Of a stretch of 64,000 bases of DNA, positions 35,421 through 51,936 are shown one piece after another. Made by a program: the position numbers and the translations under genes. The stretch is from the human T2T-CHM13v2.0 reference genome, Homo sapiens. The stretch is from assembly GCF_009914755.1 (NCBI RefSeq), contig NC_060936.1; one strand, given 5' to 3'. Under the pieces are notes generated by a model that ran no database searches, was not told the origin of the DNA, and worked only from the letters and a program-made list of their open reading frames with translations. Each line of letters begins with the position of its first letter. Within the stretch, counting starts at the first letter, position 1.

Positions 35421-36683
35421 GTTAAGAAATACACCAATGCATTATTATTAAATTTGCATTAAAATTTTTTTTTACTCCCAAGGAAAAAAGCTTTTCTACC
35501 TGAATTGTTTTGTTTTACATCAGGGTCTTTGCATTCCTAGGCTCTGCCCAGGAAACCACATTTGGCATCCTTGATGGCCAACTATAGTACTGAGCTCTGA
35601 ACTTCCAAGAACACCAAATGATTTTTTCCAATCTGGGCTAAGAAGCGCTTTTATTCAAACACAAAGCAATTTTGAGGGGAATCTGGAAGTACTAGCACTA
35701 GTTGTTCTTAATTACATACTAAGAAGCTTCTTACTAAATGACTTCTTTTTTGAAGTTAAAATTAAATAACCCTGGCTAAAAGTTAATAGCTATTCACCAG
35801 TATTCTTCAGTCAAGATATCTGAGAATAATAATAAGCATTACTGCCATTCCCAGCTCAGCCCCAATAAATCCACAGCCTGAAAGTACTAGAGCTCAACAT
35901 TTTCTCTGGAACCTGAATGTCACTGAAAGAGCAACTGCCAGCTATTTCTGTCCTTTCTATCAAAACAAATAATAACAATGGCTAACACTTTTTAAGTACT
36001 TAAATTACAAGCTAGGAACTGTCTGAAGACCTTGATAACTTTGTCCTCATGACAACCTTTAAGATGTGGGAATCTTATCACCCTATTTTCCAAATAAAGA
36101 AACTGAGGCACAGAGAAAGTCAAGAAGCAAAGATCTAAAATATCACTGACCAACCATACTAGATTTGGATAGGGAAAGAAAATTTCCACTATGCCATGGG
36201 TTGTAAAAAAAAGGCACACAAGTAATGTTAAAAATTATTGGCAATTGGCCATCAGAAACACAGTTAATAAAAAATGATATTCTACAAGCAGCTGCTTCCT
36301 CTGGTTGTGATGTCATCATAAATCCTTAAATAAAACAGAGAAAGTAGTATTCTACTGTAGCACAAGAGAAAAGCAATTGACTAAATATCTGACAGTGATA
36401 AAAGAACAAAAATGTGAAGACAGTATGGGGGTAGATGGCATTTTAAAGGTACACTGATTATTTGGCATGCTGGATGTTCACAAACACACAGTCAAGTATC
36501 AGCTATCCTGCTTTCAAGGGCTTACACCTCTAAGTATCTTCTTACTCATAATGAAATCAAAACAAAAGCACAACAACATATTTCACCAAATCAGCATACG
36601 TTATTAAAAATACAAAGCTGGGCACTTACAAACTGCTGAGGGCTCCAGTTCATGGAGATTAAAGGAAACCATACTAATAACGG

Positions 36684-36693
36684 CCTTATATGG
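36684..36693. promoter_or_regulatory. Consensus CArG box CCTTATATGG (candidate SRF site)
   Basis: Perfect CC(A/T)6GG; function not shown. Confidence 0.5.
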
Positions 36694-37896
36694 TAAAGAT
36701 GAGGAAACATCATTCTGAAAGACATTTTGCACTAGGATCTAATAAGAACACAATTCTCATTCGTCTGCACGACACATACTGATTTATCATGTAGTGAACA
36801 AACCAAAGAATCCATGTATAATTAGCTAGATTGTGAGGGGCCACTCAGAAAGACATCCACCACATGTCATGGTGACAACACAGTTTACCTGAACCTCTAA
36901 GCAGCAAATTTAAATGAATGCAGAGGCTGAAAGGAAGATGTACAAGAATTAAAGCCAGCTTTTAGATATCTTTTTAAACTAAAAAATGAATTATTTAAGA
37001 AACTCCCACCAATCTTCTAAAGCTTAGAGATAGAAAAACTTCACTTTACTAACAGATCAGTCCACTATTTCACTAGGGATAAATCACCTCTGTTGCTTAA
37101 TCTAGAATATTACTACTTTTCTGGCATGAAATTGAAGTAGTTTAGCTGAAAATGTAATAGCCATTAGACTCCTTGCTTTAAATAAATTTTGATTCATTGA
37201 TTACTTACTAGTCCCAATCACATGCCATAGGATAGCTTTTGTTATACCTTTCTAGCTAAAACTCCAAATGATTGGGATTACTAGCATGTCAACCCAACAG
37301 GTGGCAAAAATGGCCAGCACCAAGTTTCCCAAAGGCTCTGCTCCAGAGCCAGTTCATAAACTCGTGGGACATTGGTGAAATAGGTCAGGACACTGGCCTA
37401 CAGACATTATTATCTGAAAGATCCAGTACAGCCTGCCCAGAGCCAAGCAACATGAGCCGAAAGGAAAATTCAGCTTCCAAAGCATGTATACAGCTGGCAC
37501 AAGGGAGAGGTGTAATGGCACAATTTCCACGTGGCTGGCCAGAGCTAAGGGTGATGTCTTATGAGCATGTTCCAGCCAGCAACCTTCACCGTGGCAGAAA
37601 CCGTCCCAGATACAAGCACTATCATTTGCTTTGGGGAAAACACTTAAAAATCTTGAAGTAGCTACAACACAGCCGAGTTCCTGGAGACTGATACTTCAAC
37701 TAAACCCACAGAGTTAGGCAACATTTCCTCCAATGGGCATTTTGCGGGGAGAAAGTGAATGAAAATCAAAATGTAAGCATCAGTAAAAATATAACTTTAT
37801 CAAATTGCTATAAAAGGAAAGTTCAATAACTTAAATGACTTAGCAAAAAACATTCCTCTTTAGGCACACTAAATTCAACATAAATCTTAAGAAATC

Positions 37897-38800
<904 letters not shown>

Positions 38801-39213
38801 CAGTATATCTTATTTATCGATCTCACATCTCCTTCTAAAAAGGAATCCACATTTAAGAAGTAGACTCATCCTATATATTGAGGGCAGTACTGAGTACAAT
38901 AAAAAAAACTGTTAATGTACACAAACATGTACAGAAAATTTCTGACAGACACGTCTCAATAAAGTTCTGTGCTGGGGTGTGTTTTTAAAGCAGCTAGTGG
39001 TGTATTACACATGTACCGCAGCCATGTTCACCTTCCCAACTCTCGAAATTCAACATTGGGAATTTTGCTTCCAATATGTCCTACATATTACAAAAGATCA
39101 TTCAGAATGACTGTTTCTTCATGTAAGAATGATTCCTCACATAATTATTTCTGACCCACATATTGGTTTGTGGTTGAAGACACTACCAATTGGTGTTAAA
39201 ATGGATCAATCTA

Positions 39214-39860
<647 letters not shown>

Positions 39861-41684
39861 TTAAAGTCGCACAACGCTTTACCCAGCAGGCCTACTCTTT
39901 CTCATAACTAATGTATGTTTTCACAAAGTAATAAATTCCCATGGTGATAAAAAGTGACACATTCATTCGAGTGATAAGTCAAATCAAATATTCCCCTTTA
40001 AGAAGCTCAAGGTATCCCACACACAATTTCTTTCAAGTTTGCATTCTGGAGTGTATCATATAAACCCACACCTTCCTAGGGTGCTGGATTCAGACTGCTT
40101 TCTACACGGTTTCCCTTATCTAATCCAACTCAGGCAGCTGTCTCACTTCCAGTACTTTTCCATCTCCTGATCTGCAGTCCTCTATGCCTATTATCCAGAC
40201 TGGTTACACCACCCGAAGATGTAAGGGCCTAAGAGCCCCCACCCCATCCTGGGGAAGGCAAACAAAGATACTTTACATGACCTGACTCAAAGAACAGTTA
40301 AAAGATTTCCACATTGTTCAAACCCCTACCTAATATTCATCTAAGTTTTCATTTTAGGAAAAAATGAGTATCAAAATCACTTTATGTGCCCAAATTTCAA
40401 TCATAACTTATTTTTGGCTTTGGGTGATACATACTGAGAATTCTTCAACTCAGCAAGGAGAATGTTAAGTCACACATGTGCTCAGAAGTAGAGGAAAAGT
40501 TTTCAGCCCAAGCATAAGGGCTCCATTCACACTGTGCAGAGTTCAAAGGAGTCAAAAGCGTATCTATTGAAGTGGGTTTTCCATTTTTTTCAACTTCCTT
40601 TTTCTTATGACAGTATTATTTATGTGGATACATGTTTTGTTTGAATTTCTTAAGCCCCTGCTGCTCCACGGGGAGGAGCTAGAGTGATTGTGGTCATGGG
40701 ACAAGGGGACAGCGGCATGGAAAACAGAGACTCAGCAGCAGACCAAAAAGACGGGTGCACACAATATATGACTTGTGCACAGGCTGGTCCCTGAGAGTGA
40801 CAGCTCATGGCCCAGGAATAAAACATTCTGAGGAGGCTTTACTTTAAGGGAACCAGAAATACCATCCTTGAGGTAAAAGGAGGTGCTCTGGAATAAACCC
40901 TACAGATTGAGTTACCCTGTAAGGTAAGGTAAGCTAGAAACAAAAGCTGCTGGGGAGAGGGAGTATGGGCCTACAGAGACTTCACCTGCCTGTGAGTAAA
41001 AAACAGCAGTCTTTTTGGACAGAAGTGAAAATGCCAAGCAAATAATTTTTGCATCACAGATCCTCTCTAAAAACTGGGTTTAATACTGAATAGACCATAT
41101 TTTAAAATCAATTAAGAACTTGAGGGAAGTTATTGTAAAACTACAAACATTTTATTATCAGAAAGCAAAAACACGGAAAAGTTAACATTTCCTTACTCAA
41201 CCTTGCCCAAATATGCGATAGCAACCAGAGTAGCTGTATTTCCTAACTTCCTGACTTAAAGAATTTATAAAGTGAAAACCTAATGCTTTCTGCTCATTAT
41301 TGCAGACAAGTAATTCCATATGATGCTTCTGGGCTGAGAACAAATAAAAACTTGGAACCCAAGATGAGGTAGAATCTAGTTAAAATAAAATTGAGCTAGA
41401 AAGCAAAAGCTGAAAAGCAGAAGAACTACAGATGTAAATGCAATATGGAAAATTAAAGCATTCAATATCAAATCAGAAAATAGAGAAACTGGTTGTCTAA
41501 GCCCTCGTAGTAAGCAAATGACATTGGAGATTGATCTACTGAAACCCTCTGTGAACGCTGAAGAGCTCCAGGGCTAACCCTTCCCATTGCAGCTCTGCAT
41601 TGGTTTAATCCACAGGTCTCAGAATGAAAATCCACCCTCCTTGGATGGTGGAGATGATAAATAGAAAAACATTACAACTTTTTT

Positions 41685-42600
41685 TGGGGGGTGGGAGGGG
41701 CTAATGCCTTGGGCTCCATGGCTGAGTCAGTTCCACACAAGCAAGAGGACTGCAGTATAGACTCAATTCAGTCAGCCAGAAATGAAACCCAAGTCACCGT
41801 TCCTCCAAGAAAGCAGACATGTGTCCCATCACATGCCCTCTCAGCTCAGTCTTCCCCAGACTCAACTCAGGTCCCACCCCTAATGGGCGAAGATATTCAA
41901 CTTGGCAGGAGCAGATGATTTGCTACATGTGGTTATAAGGTGGCTTCTGGGCAAAACCGTGACTCCAGAAATGTGTTCATGACACCTTGAGTTTATTTCA
42001 GAGTAATGTGTGTTCAGATACCTTTCTTTACCGGAGATACAGCAGCTTTCCCAGACTGGGGTTACCATGTTTACACACTGAGGGCTTCTGCTGGCAGCAA
42101 TTGTCAGCCTGCTTAGCACAGACTGGCACGCTCCACAAACCCAGTAAAGAGTTAAACGTTCTTTGCACTTGACTCAGTGGCTTCTCTTCACCACACACTC
42201 CCAGATCCCACCATTCTCTGAGCCACCCGTGCAGCCAATCAAAGCAAAGGAAGGAAATTATCCTGGCCGGCTGACAGCCACAGCGCTCTGATGGCCATAT
42301 ATGGTAAAAACCACTGTCAGAGCCCTGTCAGGCCTGCGGGCCGGCTGCTGTGGACATATCAGTGAACTGCAGCAGCAGGAGAAGCTGGCCAAGGAAACGC
42401 ACAAAGGCTGCCTGCTCATCTCCAGGGGAGGGGGTGGGGTGGAAACCATCATCTGCCAGGGCACACATTCAGTGAGTCACAGCCACTCACTGTCATCAAA
42501 AATAGCCCCGGGGTACATTGGGAAGTTCCTTCTGCCAGGACTTTGTGCTCCATTGTTAACTGGGGGTGAGCAGGGTGCCCACCCCACCCCTCCCAGCAAA
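41685..42600. promoter_or_regulatory. Candidate intronic enhancer (CArG plus AP-1 cluster)
   Basis: Apparently repeat-free, GC-richer DNA with TGA(G/C)TCA at 41723, 42170, 42473, CCATATATGG at 42295-42304 and CCAAT near 42235. Confidence 0.55.
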
Positions 42601-43297
42601 ACTGTGGAAAACACAGTCACTAGGAGAAAATGAAAAGGCCCTTCTGTGGCACTTCATGTGGTAATGAGGCCAGGCCGTGCTCGTGTGGCTGGCAGCTCGT
42701 GACATAATTTGGAAGTCATTGTTCTGCACCTGGTGCCCTCCCCCTGCATCCTCCACCCCTCCCAGTCCTGTCCCCCAGCTTTTCACGGCCCATACACTTG
42801 GCAGTTGAAGGTGCTCCAGGCATCAGACAATCTATTTCAGGAGGCAGTGAATGGGCATCCCACGACATGTCAGGACACTGGCTGGCTCTGAACAAAATCC
42901 TCTGCCCCTAACACCAAAGCTACCAAGTGCCAAATGTCCACATCTGTACAAAGGGCTACCGGCACTGCCACTGTTGTCTAAAACAGAGTACCACAATGTG
43001 TAGAAATGGAAATTGCCTGTCAGCAATGCACAGTAAGGCAGACATGCAGCCAATGCAAATCCAGCAGGTGCTGGCAAAGACTGTGGATCACACAGAAAAG
43101 CACTGTCAGGAGACTGCCATTCCCTCTCAAGTAGCCCATGAAAGAAGGCACTTATCAGCACGGCGCCTGGCACTTAAAGGAAGCCCTCAACAAATGTGAA
43201 CTGCTGCGATTTCATCACTGTCACTGTGTCCTCACAAGGCATGGTATAGACCAAGTACTTTCCAAACCTAAGACAATTCTCTGAGCTGACAGAATGA

Positions 43298-43739
<442 letters not shown>

Positions 43740-44602
43740 TAGAAAAAAAATTAATAAAAATATACATGTACAAATCAAATAAGGACTCAGCAACCTAAGT
43801 TCTAATTCACAAACAACCTCACGGTCTTGGACAACCACTCAATTTGGTTTCAATTTCTACAACTGTAGAACAGAGGAATGATCCCACCCTACCAAGTGAA
43901 AAAACAGAGACACTGTTCATGAAGGGGACTATCCACGTACGATCTGCTGACATTCTGCAGTCTCATTTCCATCAACGTGACAGAAGTCACTGCTTTTTCC
44001 TAAAGATGATACAAACGAAAGACGCCATGTTGATCTAGTTAAAACAATGATTCTAAAATATAAAACAGTGCTTATTCTAGTTCTTTTCCCCATAACAATC
44101 AAGGAAAATACCAATTTTGCCAAATTCACACTGAAAGTGAAAGAAAGGGTCAAGAAATGTAGGATTTTCTACCAAAAAGCTATCCTTCAGCTTCTTTTGA
44201 CTCATAATGTTAGTTCACACTATGCATAAATGATTTGTTTATCTTCCAATCAAACATTCTATTTCTGCAATACTACAAAAATCCACCTAAACTAGACATC
44301 CTGGAGTCTGAAGGAGGAATGTGCCTACCACCTACTTCTTTGCCCTCCTGGGGACAGAGCCCCTCTACTAACTTAACAGTTTAAAAGTTGGGTTGGCTCC
44401 TCTTCTGTTTCATCTTTAGCTCCTACGCAGAGGAAAAAAAAAAACCTGAATTCAAACCAAACCTTCTCTGTGATGTCTTCCTTACCTTCTAAGCCTAGGG
44501 TGAAACTATCTCTCACACCCCAGTGCTAAAGCACTTCATGCACAAAGCACCCCCCTGGAGAGATCAAGCACAGTTGTTGAAGCTTCTTAAAAGCAAGAAC
44601 CT

Positions 44603-44891
<289 letters not shown>

Positions 44892-45511
44892 AGCAAGAAC
44901 CCACCACAGGTCGCTGCACATGCAGGCACTAAGGAATGAATATGTGAATGAATGAATGTGATTTTTCTAAAGTACTGTGTTAAATTTCACAAACATTTAA
45001 GCAATAGTTAGCTCTTTATATGTACTCTGGTAATATTACTGATAATATTTTTCAAAATCTCAATATGTAATAAGTTCATTGTAAAAAAATATTTTTAAGT
45101 GCAGGTAATTATAAAGAAGAAAATAAAACATCACTTTTAGTCCCATCAATGTTAACATTGCACATTATTTCCTAAAAACTAATAACACAATTGAAGTTAA
45201 GTACGAGATAATGACTATGATCTTATAACACATTTTTTAGGTTATATGAAGGTACCATGGAATACAGGATAACAAAATCTTGCCATATAGCTTTCTCTTG
45301 CTATTGAAAGGAATCCCTCAATTATTCACTTAGGACTTAAGAATGTTTATATGTATATAGATATTATATTTCTACGTAGATTTTTTCTTAAAGGCTAGGT
45401 GGAAATATAGTGTTCAAAACTACCAGAAAGCCTTTTAAGTCACTCTGAATTACTCATATATGAATTGTGTGAACTAACATTATGAGTCACGTAATACAGT
45501 CTAAGAATATA

Positions 45512-45996
45512 TGTATTAGTTATCAACTGCTGATTAACAAGTTATCCTAAAATTCAGCTGATTAAAACAATAAACATTTATTACTCACACAGTTGCTAAG
45601 GATCAGGAATTCAAAAACAGCTTATCTGGGTGGCTCTGGCCCAGGGTTTTTCACGAGATAGTGTCAGCCAGGGCTGCAGTCACCTGATGGCTTTACTAGG
45701 GCTGCAGGATCTACTTTCAAGATGGCTCATCACATGGCTGGTTGAGCTGGTGCTGGCAGTCATCAGGAGGTCCTATGGACCTTGCCACAGAGCTGCTGGA
45801 GTATCCTCACAACATGGCAGCTCCAAAAGAGACAAAGTAGCAGCCAGTGGGCTTTTATGACCTAGTCTCAGAATTCACACTCCATCAATTCCACCATACC
45901 CTATGGTTACACAGGCTAGCCCTATTCAGTGTTGGAGGCCACCTACCACAATATAGTAAGGCAAGTTTTTGGAGAACCTGCACAAAAGGCTACCAT
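45512..45996. mobile_element. ERVL-MaLR (MLT1-type) solo LTR
   Basis: Starts TGTATTAGTTATC, contains TTAAAACAATAAACATTTATTACTCACACAGTT and CTACTTTCAAGATGGCTCATCACATGGCTG, ends GGCTACCA(T)A. Confidence 0.8.
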
Positions 45997-46002
45997 ATAC
46001 AT

Positions 46003-46939
46003 AGCCACCCAGTTTGCATCCTCTATCCAAGTGAGTCAAGAGATCAAGAGCATATAATTCTAACCATTCCCTCCGTTAAGTGAATAATAATTTTAATAAT
46101 GTGATAACGCAGGCTGTGGTACCAGTGGTATGAAGAAGCAACTAAGAGAACCCAATGGATGAGTTCCTCTGTTTCAGTAAATAATCAAAGGCAACATCTG
46201 AGCTGGATAATGAACAGGAAGAAAAGACCACCAAGTATCATCATTAGTGGAATACTGACTGAAATGAATCAAGATCTCTTCCTCAACCAACATGACAGAA
46301 ACATTCCAAAGCTGCCTTCATCAACCTAGGTTCTATAAGAAATTAAAGTCCTAATGCTCTAATATATGCTATTATAGGCAATGAGCTCTTAATCCTATGC
46401 ATCTAGAAGACTGGCTATGTATCACCCTTGGGAGAACTAAAAAAAAAAAAAAAAAAAAAAAAACAGTCTTTCAAATGATTTTCTGTAGAGCTAAATTCTT
46501 TCATAAAACCCTACATGAAAAACTGCAAAATGAGTTGAAAAATTGTTCACAGACATAAATAAAGCAAGATCCCAAATATTCCCACACACAGCTCCTAAAA
46601 TAAATGGGAGAAACACAGTTGTGTATAAGAAAGTACCACACAGCTACAACAAAGGAGCCCATGGGAGAGAAGAAGAGATCATGACCCAAAAAGCTAACAG
46701 AGACCTGGCCATACCCATCCTATCCTGGCCAGAGCAGCATTCTTGTCCCAGGTAGTTTCTGTGAGGGTGAAATCAGCTATCATTCCAATTCACCAAAGTT
46801 GCTTCACAGTATTTCACAATACTCAAGGAAGGAAGGGAGAAAGAAAGCAATTTGGGAAGACAGGAGCCATCTAGTTCGCATCCTCCAGCCAAGAGAATGT
46901 CAAGAGATCAAGAGCATATAATTCTTACCGATTCCTCCC
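46003..46939 (+). repeat. Short direct duplication (~72 bp): 46003-46074 and 46865-46939
   Basis: Exact 27-bp core GTCAAGAGATCAAGAGCATATAATTCT with alignable flanks. Confidence 0.9.
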
Positions 46940-48999
46940 CCTCTTACTTGTTTAAGGCAGGATTTACAGGCTTGTTGTGATATGAAGTGTGTCGGGGGGA
47001 GGGAGGGGACGGGGGGGTTGTATGTGTATCTATCCAGAAACACTGGTGTGTATGAGCCCTCCATGGTTCACAATAGGGAGGGAATGTCTCAGTTCTATCT
47101 ACGTCACGAGTGTGGCTACTCCACAAAGGAAAGGCTTATTCATGCCAACGTGGTAGATTACACAGAGGGCTGAAAACCTGTGTGCTCTTGAGACAAGGCA
47201 GCTTGTGCAGTTGTGGCAAGAAAAAAAAGTATTCCTCATAGCCAAAACCACAAAGCCAACTTATGTTCAGCAAGACTGCTATTATTCATCCTCTGAAGGA
47301 CTAAAGAATAAGTAAATGCACTAAGCCACACCTTGAAAAGTCATGGCAGAGTGGCAAGCCACAGCTTGATGGAAGCATTACAAAAGAGAGTGGGAATCAC
47401 GTGTGCTAATCTAAATCAACCCACCTCAGGACTGAGGACTTTCTATATTCCTCCGGCAGTGACCTCTTCAAAAATCCCACTTTCCCTAATAAAACCTTCC
47501 TAACAAACACCTCATAAACCATATGCTTAAAATAAGCATACATTCATTCTTAAGTGTGCTGCTTGCTGCATATGTGTGTGTCTTTGTATATGCATGTGCT
47601 TTGATGTATTTATCCCTATTACTCTTTTCACTTCAGATTTTAAGTCCTGGAAGACAGAAACCATGTCTAACTTATTTTACATTCTCCCAGAATCTAACCA
47701 CAAGCCTCATGAGGTTGCAATAAGAAGCCTTATTTACTGCTGACACTAAATAGCTTTCAAAAGAAATTCATGGAAAACCATGTTTTCAAATGGGAGCCTT
47801 TCTGAAAGGGTCATAATCCACCTTAATTCCAACGTGTACATATTCAGTATTATTATGTACAGAGTCCCAAACGCATCACCAAAACTAACCTGCCTGTCTA
47901 CAACCAGAAACAAAAAAGGGAAAACATTCTCAGAAGCCCATGAGATAATTATTAAAAGCCATACCCATCTTTTAAGGTTCGTGTTTAAAATCATGCCAGG
48001 CTGCTATCAACATGTATTGGAGCCTAACACACATCTAAACATCATTTCTTGCTATCTTGATTTCAAACATAACTTCATATTATAATTGGGAATTTAGTTT
48101 TTCTTTGCCTTTAAACCAAAGCAACACCTCATGATAAAACTATTTCATAGTTGCCAAGACACTAAAGTTGTAGGAGTCTCTTTTCCAGGGTAAAGAGCCC
48201 TAGTATTACAAAGCCCTGTACTGAAAAGGGATTAATGGGTTCACCATGTAGTTGGAGTCCCCATCATATTTCTTCTTCGAGGCTGTACTTCTAATGAGGA
48301 GACAAACACCTCAGTACCAGCAATCTGCCAGGATGCTTTCTTAGACACAAGTGCTCCTGGAGGGCACAGATGCTGGCACACAGCAGGTACTCTGCTTACA
48401 GACAATCAAACCAACTAATCGTATATGAAGACTCACTCATATTGTGTAAACAATCAAATATCAACTGTAAAATGTATAACCATTATTCAAATATTCATGA
48501 CTATACCAAAATTATAAGGTAGACATCAAGAAGGCAGTCAGCCCCATAGAGAAATGTAGGTTTTCTGATAACATGGAAGATCATTCTATTTTCTACCAGC
48601 TACTGATGCCTGGTAACCAGCCAGCATCTCAGGTAGGAACAGCAACTTAGAAGAAAAAAAAGGCAAGTGTCACCTGACACTCCAGGGCTCACGGGCCAAG
48701 CCCTGCCATAGCAGATCCTACTGAGAACTACCTAGGCACATGACTGTCATGAGGGACCACAGGACCACTCCTCTTTGCTGGGCTCAGCTTTGCCTTAGTG
48801 AAAAAGCAGCCAGGAGTAAAAAGGCATCTACTTGCCAAAGTTATACATTGAATTAGGGGGACAAAAATGGAACAAAACTGTTTTCTTTGCTGAATTTTGA
48901 GTACACACCAACTGCACTGGAAATCACTTCATAGCTGAGAACCATGGAAGGTGAGAAGCATTTCTGACATGATCTAGAATTTCCAAGGCAGAAAATAAC

Positions 49000-49294
49000 T
49001 TTTTTTTCTTTTTGAGACGGAGTCTCACTCTGTCGTCCAGGCTGGAGTGCAGTGGCACGATCTCAGCTCACTGCAACTCCGCCTCCCGGGTTCAAGTGAT
49101 TCTCCTGCCTCAGCCTCCTGAGTAGCTGGGACTACAGGTGTGCACCACCATGCCCGGCTAATTTTTGTATTTTTAGTAGAGACGAGGTTTCACCACGTTG
49201 TCCAGGCTGGTCTCGAACTCCTGACCTCAGGTGATCCGCCCCCCTCAGCCTCCCAAAGTGCTGGGATTACAGGCATGGGCCACTGTGCCCGGCC
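49000..49294 (-). mobile_element. Alu (S-like)
   Basis: TSD CAGAAAATAACTTTT. Confidence 0.95.
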
Positions 49295-51651
49295 AGAAAA
49301 TAACTTTTATACACAGCTGCTTATGTTACAGAGAGAGAAACAGAGGAGCGGAAGGATAAAGAGACACATCCACGTCCCACTACAAGTCAGTGACTGAGCC
49401 AGGACTGAACTCCACAGCTCATCAATTCCCAGATTTGTGATCTTCCCTCTATGCCACATTGACGCTAAGAGCTAAATACACACACTTTAATACACAAAAA
49501 TCTCACATAGTACTCATGAACCTATCGACTATAGAAACCCAAGTATTGATCTTATTTCCAATGGCTGTCACAGGGCTTAGCTTATACCAATGTCACCTCC
49601 TCTAAAACAAACTCATATTTAAGGAGCAAAGCTAGACAGACAGTATTATAGCCTGGGAAAGACCCTCGATGCTCCTCTAAAAAGCAACACCTCATCTAAA
49701 CATGACAATTTGTAAAGCAACTTATTCTATCCTAGTTCCCATAATGCTGGTTAAAGAATGAAATACAAGGACACATTCATTAAGTGTAGGTCACTGAATG
49801 CAAGGAAAAACCAAATCATAAGATCAGTTAGCTGGGGCACTGCACACAGGTCTCCCTCAAATGGGATAAGTGAAACTCAGTTTCTCATGGTCTGTAAAAG
49901 CAAAGATGAACTCACAGAACCTTTGTGGATGTGAAAGTTGAAAGGAAATGTCTGAATTCAGAGGAAGATTAGCCATTCATTATGTCTATTTTGTGCTTCT
50001 TAATTGGCTTGTTCCATTTCTTTGAAGGAAAAAAAAAGTCTTACATTTATCCCTCAGTCTATAAAAGGGGAAATAAAAACTCGTAACTCCAAAACAAATC
50101 ATGGTGCTCCAGTGTCTGACCTTAGCTAACAAGCTATGGCTGTCTTCTCAGTTGGCTGCCATAAAGCCTACCAGTAAAATGTCAAGTTTCCAAATGCCCC
50201 TTGCTCTTGGTGAAGGAATAAGCTAAAACAATGTGGAGACCAAATGCAACTGGCCTTGAGTTCAAATCCCCACTCCAAAACCAGATGAAGAACACTTATA
50301 ACAGTGTAGTGTACTTATCTGCCACTGAACGACAATTTTTTGAACAGAAATAAAAGTATCTAAATAAAAAATAAATTTTCAACTTAATGAAAAGATTCAT
50401 CTTCGCCAATAAGAAGGTACATTTGAAAACACGTATCAAATTTGTTCCCCAAAGGCACCCATCTCCCTTCTTCGGTTAGGAGATGGTTCTACTGTGTTAT
50501 CTATCTGGCCACTGAAGTAAAAATCAGATGTTATAATAAAACAAGTTAGTCACCAGCATCTCTGAAACAAAAGTCCAAGAGAATTGGACATTTTCCCAAT
50601 GAGAGTTTTCCCAAGGAAAAAACATCAACATACAATGGGAAACAACCCTCTGACAGAAATTCACTTTATTGTAACCACTCTCAGAATCACATGATCCATT
50701 GTGATGAGATGTACCCTGAATATAAGGGGCTCAGAAACAGCGGGGATCCACTTCCCCCGCTGTTTTCAGCAGAGTGGAAACAGCTGTCATACGACCCAAC
50801 ATCTGCATCCTCACCAGCACCCAGCCCTTATCACTGGAGCTCAGGACTCACCAAACTCATTTTCCTCCTAAAAGCTAACTAGAAAACAACTGTTTCTAGG
50901 CCCTCTTCACAGCTTTTTTTTCTTCATTATTTGCAGTTCTGGGATTTGCTGATAAAGTAACTATAGATTTTGATCTGCAGTATTCATGATTGGTCAGCAA
51001 ATGCACAAAATTCCTATCTAATCTCCCACCTTGGAGCAGGCTTTCTGGGAGGATAAAGGAAGGAGGAGGGCTTGGAACCCTACTGAAGTTGAAGAAAACA
51101 TAGAACCATTCTCAGTAAAGATCTTTTATTTCTACCACTTGTTAACACTGTTTAAATCCTACGCTGAAACTTACTATTGTCCAGAATTGAAATCTATATT
51201 GAGGACATTTTCTTGAGTTCTTGTTCCATTTCCAACTCAAAAAAAAAAAGGAAATTAAGAAAAGAAAAAGGGCTCATCCTTATGACTTCACAAAAAAAGA
51301 GAATATTATCTTACAAATTTCTGCCCATTTGAAAATGTAACTGTTTTTAAAACTTTACTTTGGAGTAAAAGCCAGTTTTTAAAACTGCACTCTAAAAGAA
51401 AAATTTTTGTGAAAAGCAGATGATTAAGAATGAAATCTTAAAATTCCTATGCCTGCCCATGCTCACAACATCGTTATAATAATTTTTTCATCCATAGAGG
51501 GCATCCCCAGAACAGAGGTCACTATTCTATTTAATGATTCTCTGTTAGAGAAAAACTGATGTGGTTAGTAAGGCGTGTGGAACTTAACTTCAATTACATC
51601 AGAGTCTAATGGTTTCACAAATACAATTCTTAGTGAACTGTCAATCTATTA

Positions 51652-51936
<285 letters not shown>

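Noticed and set aside
46439-46463. Isolated A25 run as the tail of a processed pseudogene
   Set aside because: No convincing TSD, nearby poly-A signal or recognisable mRNA upstream; similar orphan A-runs at 17653, 20249 and 29296.
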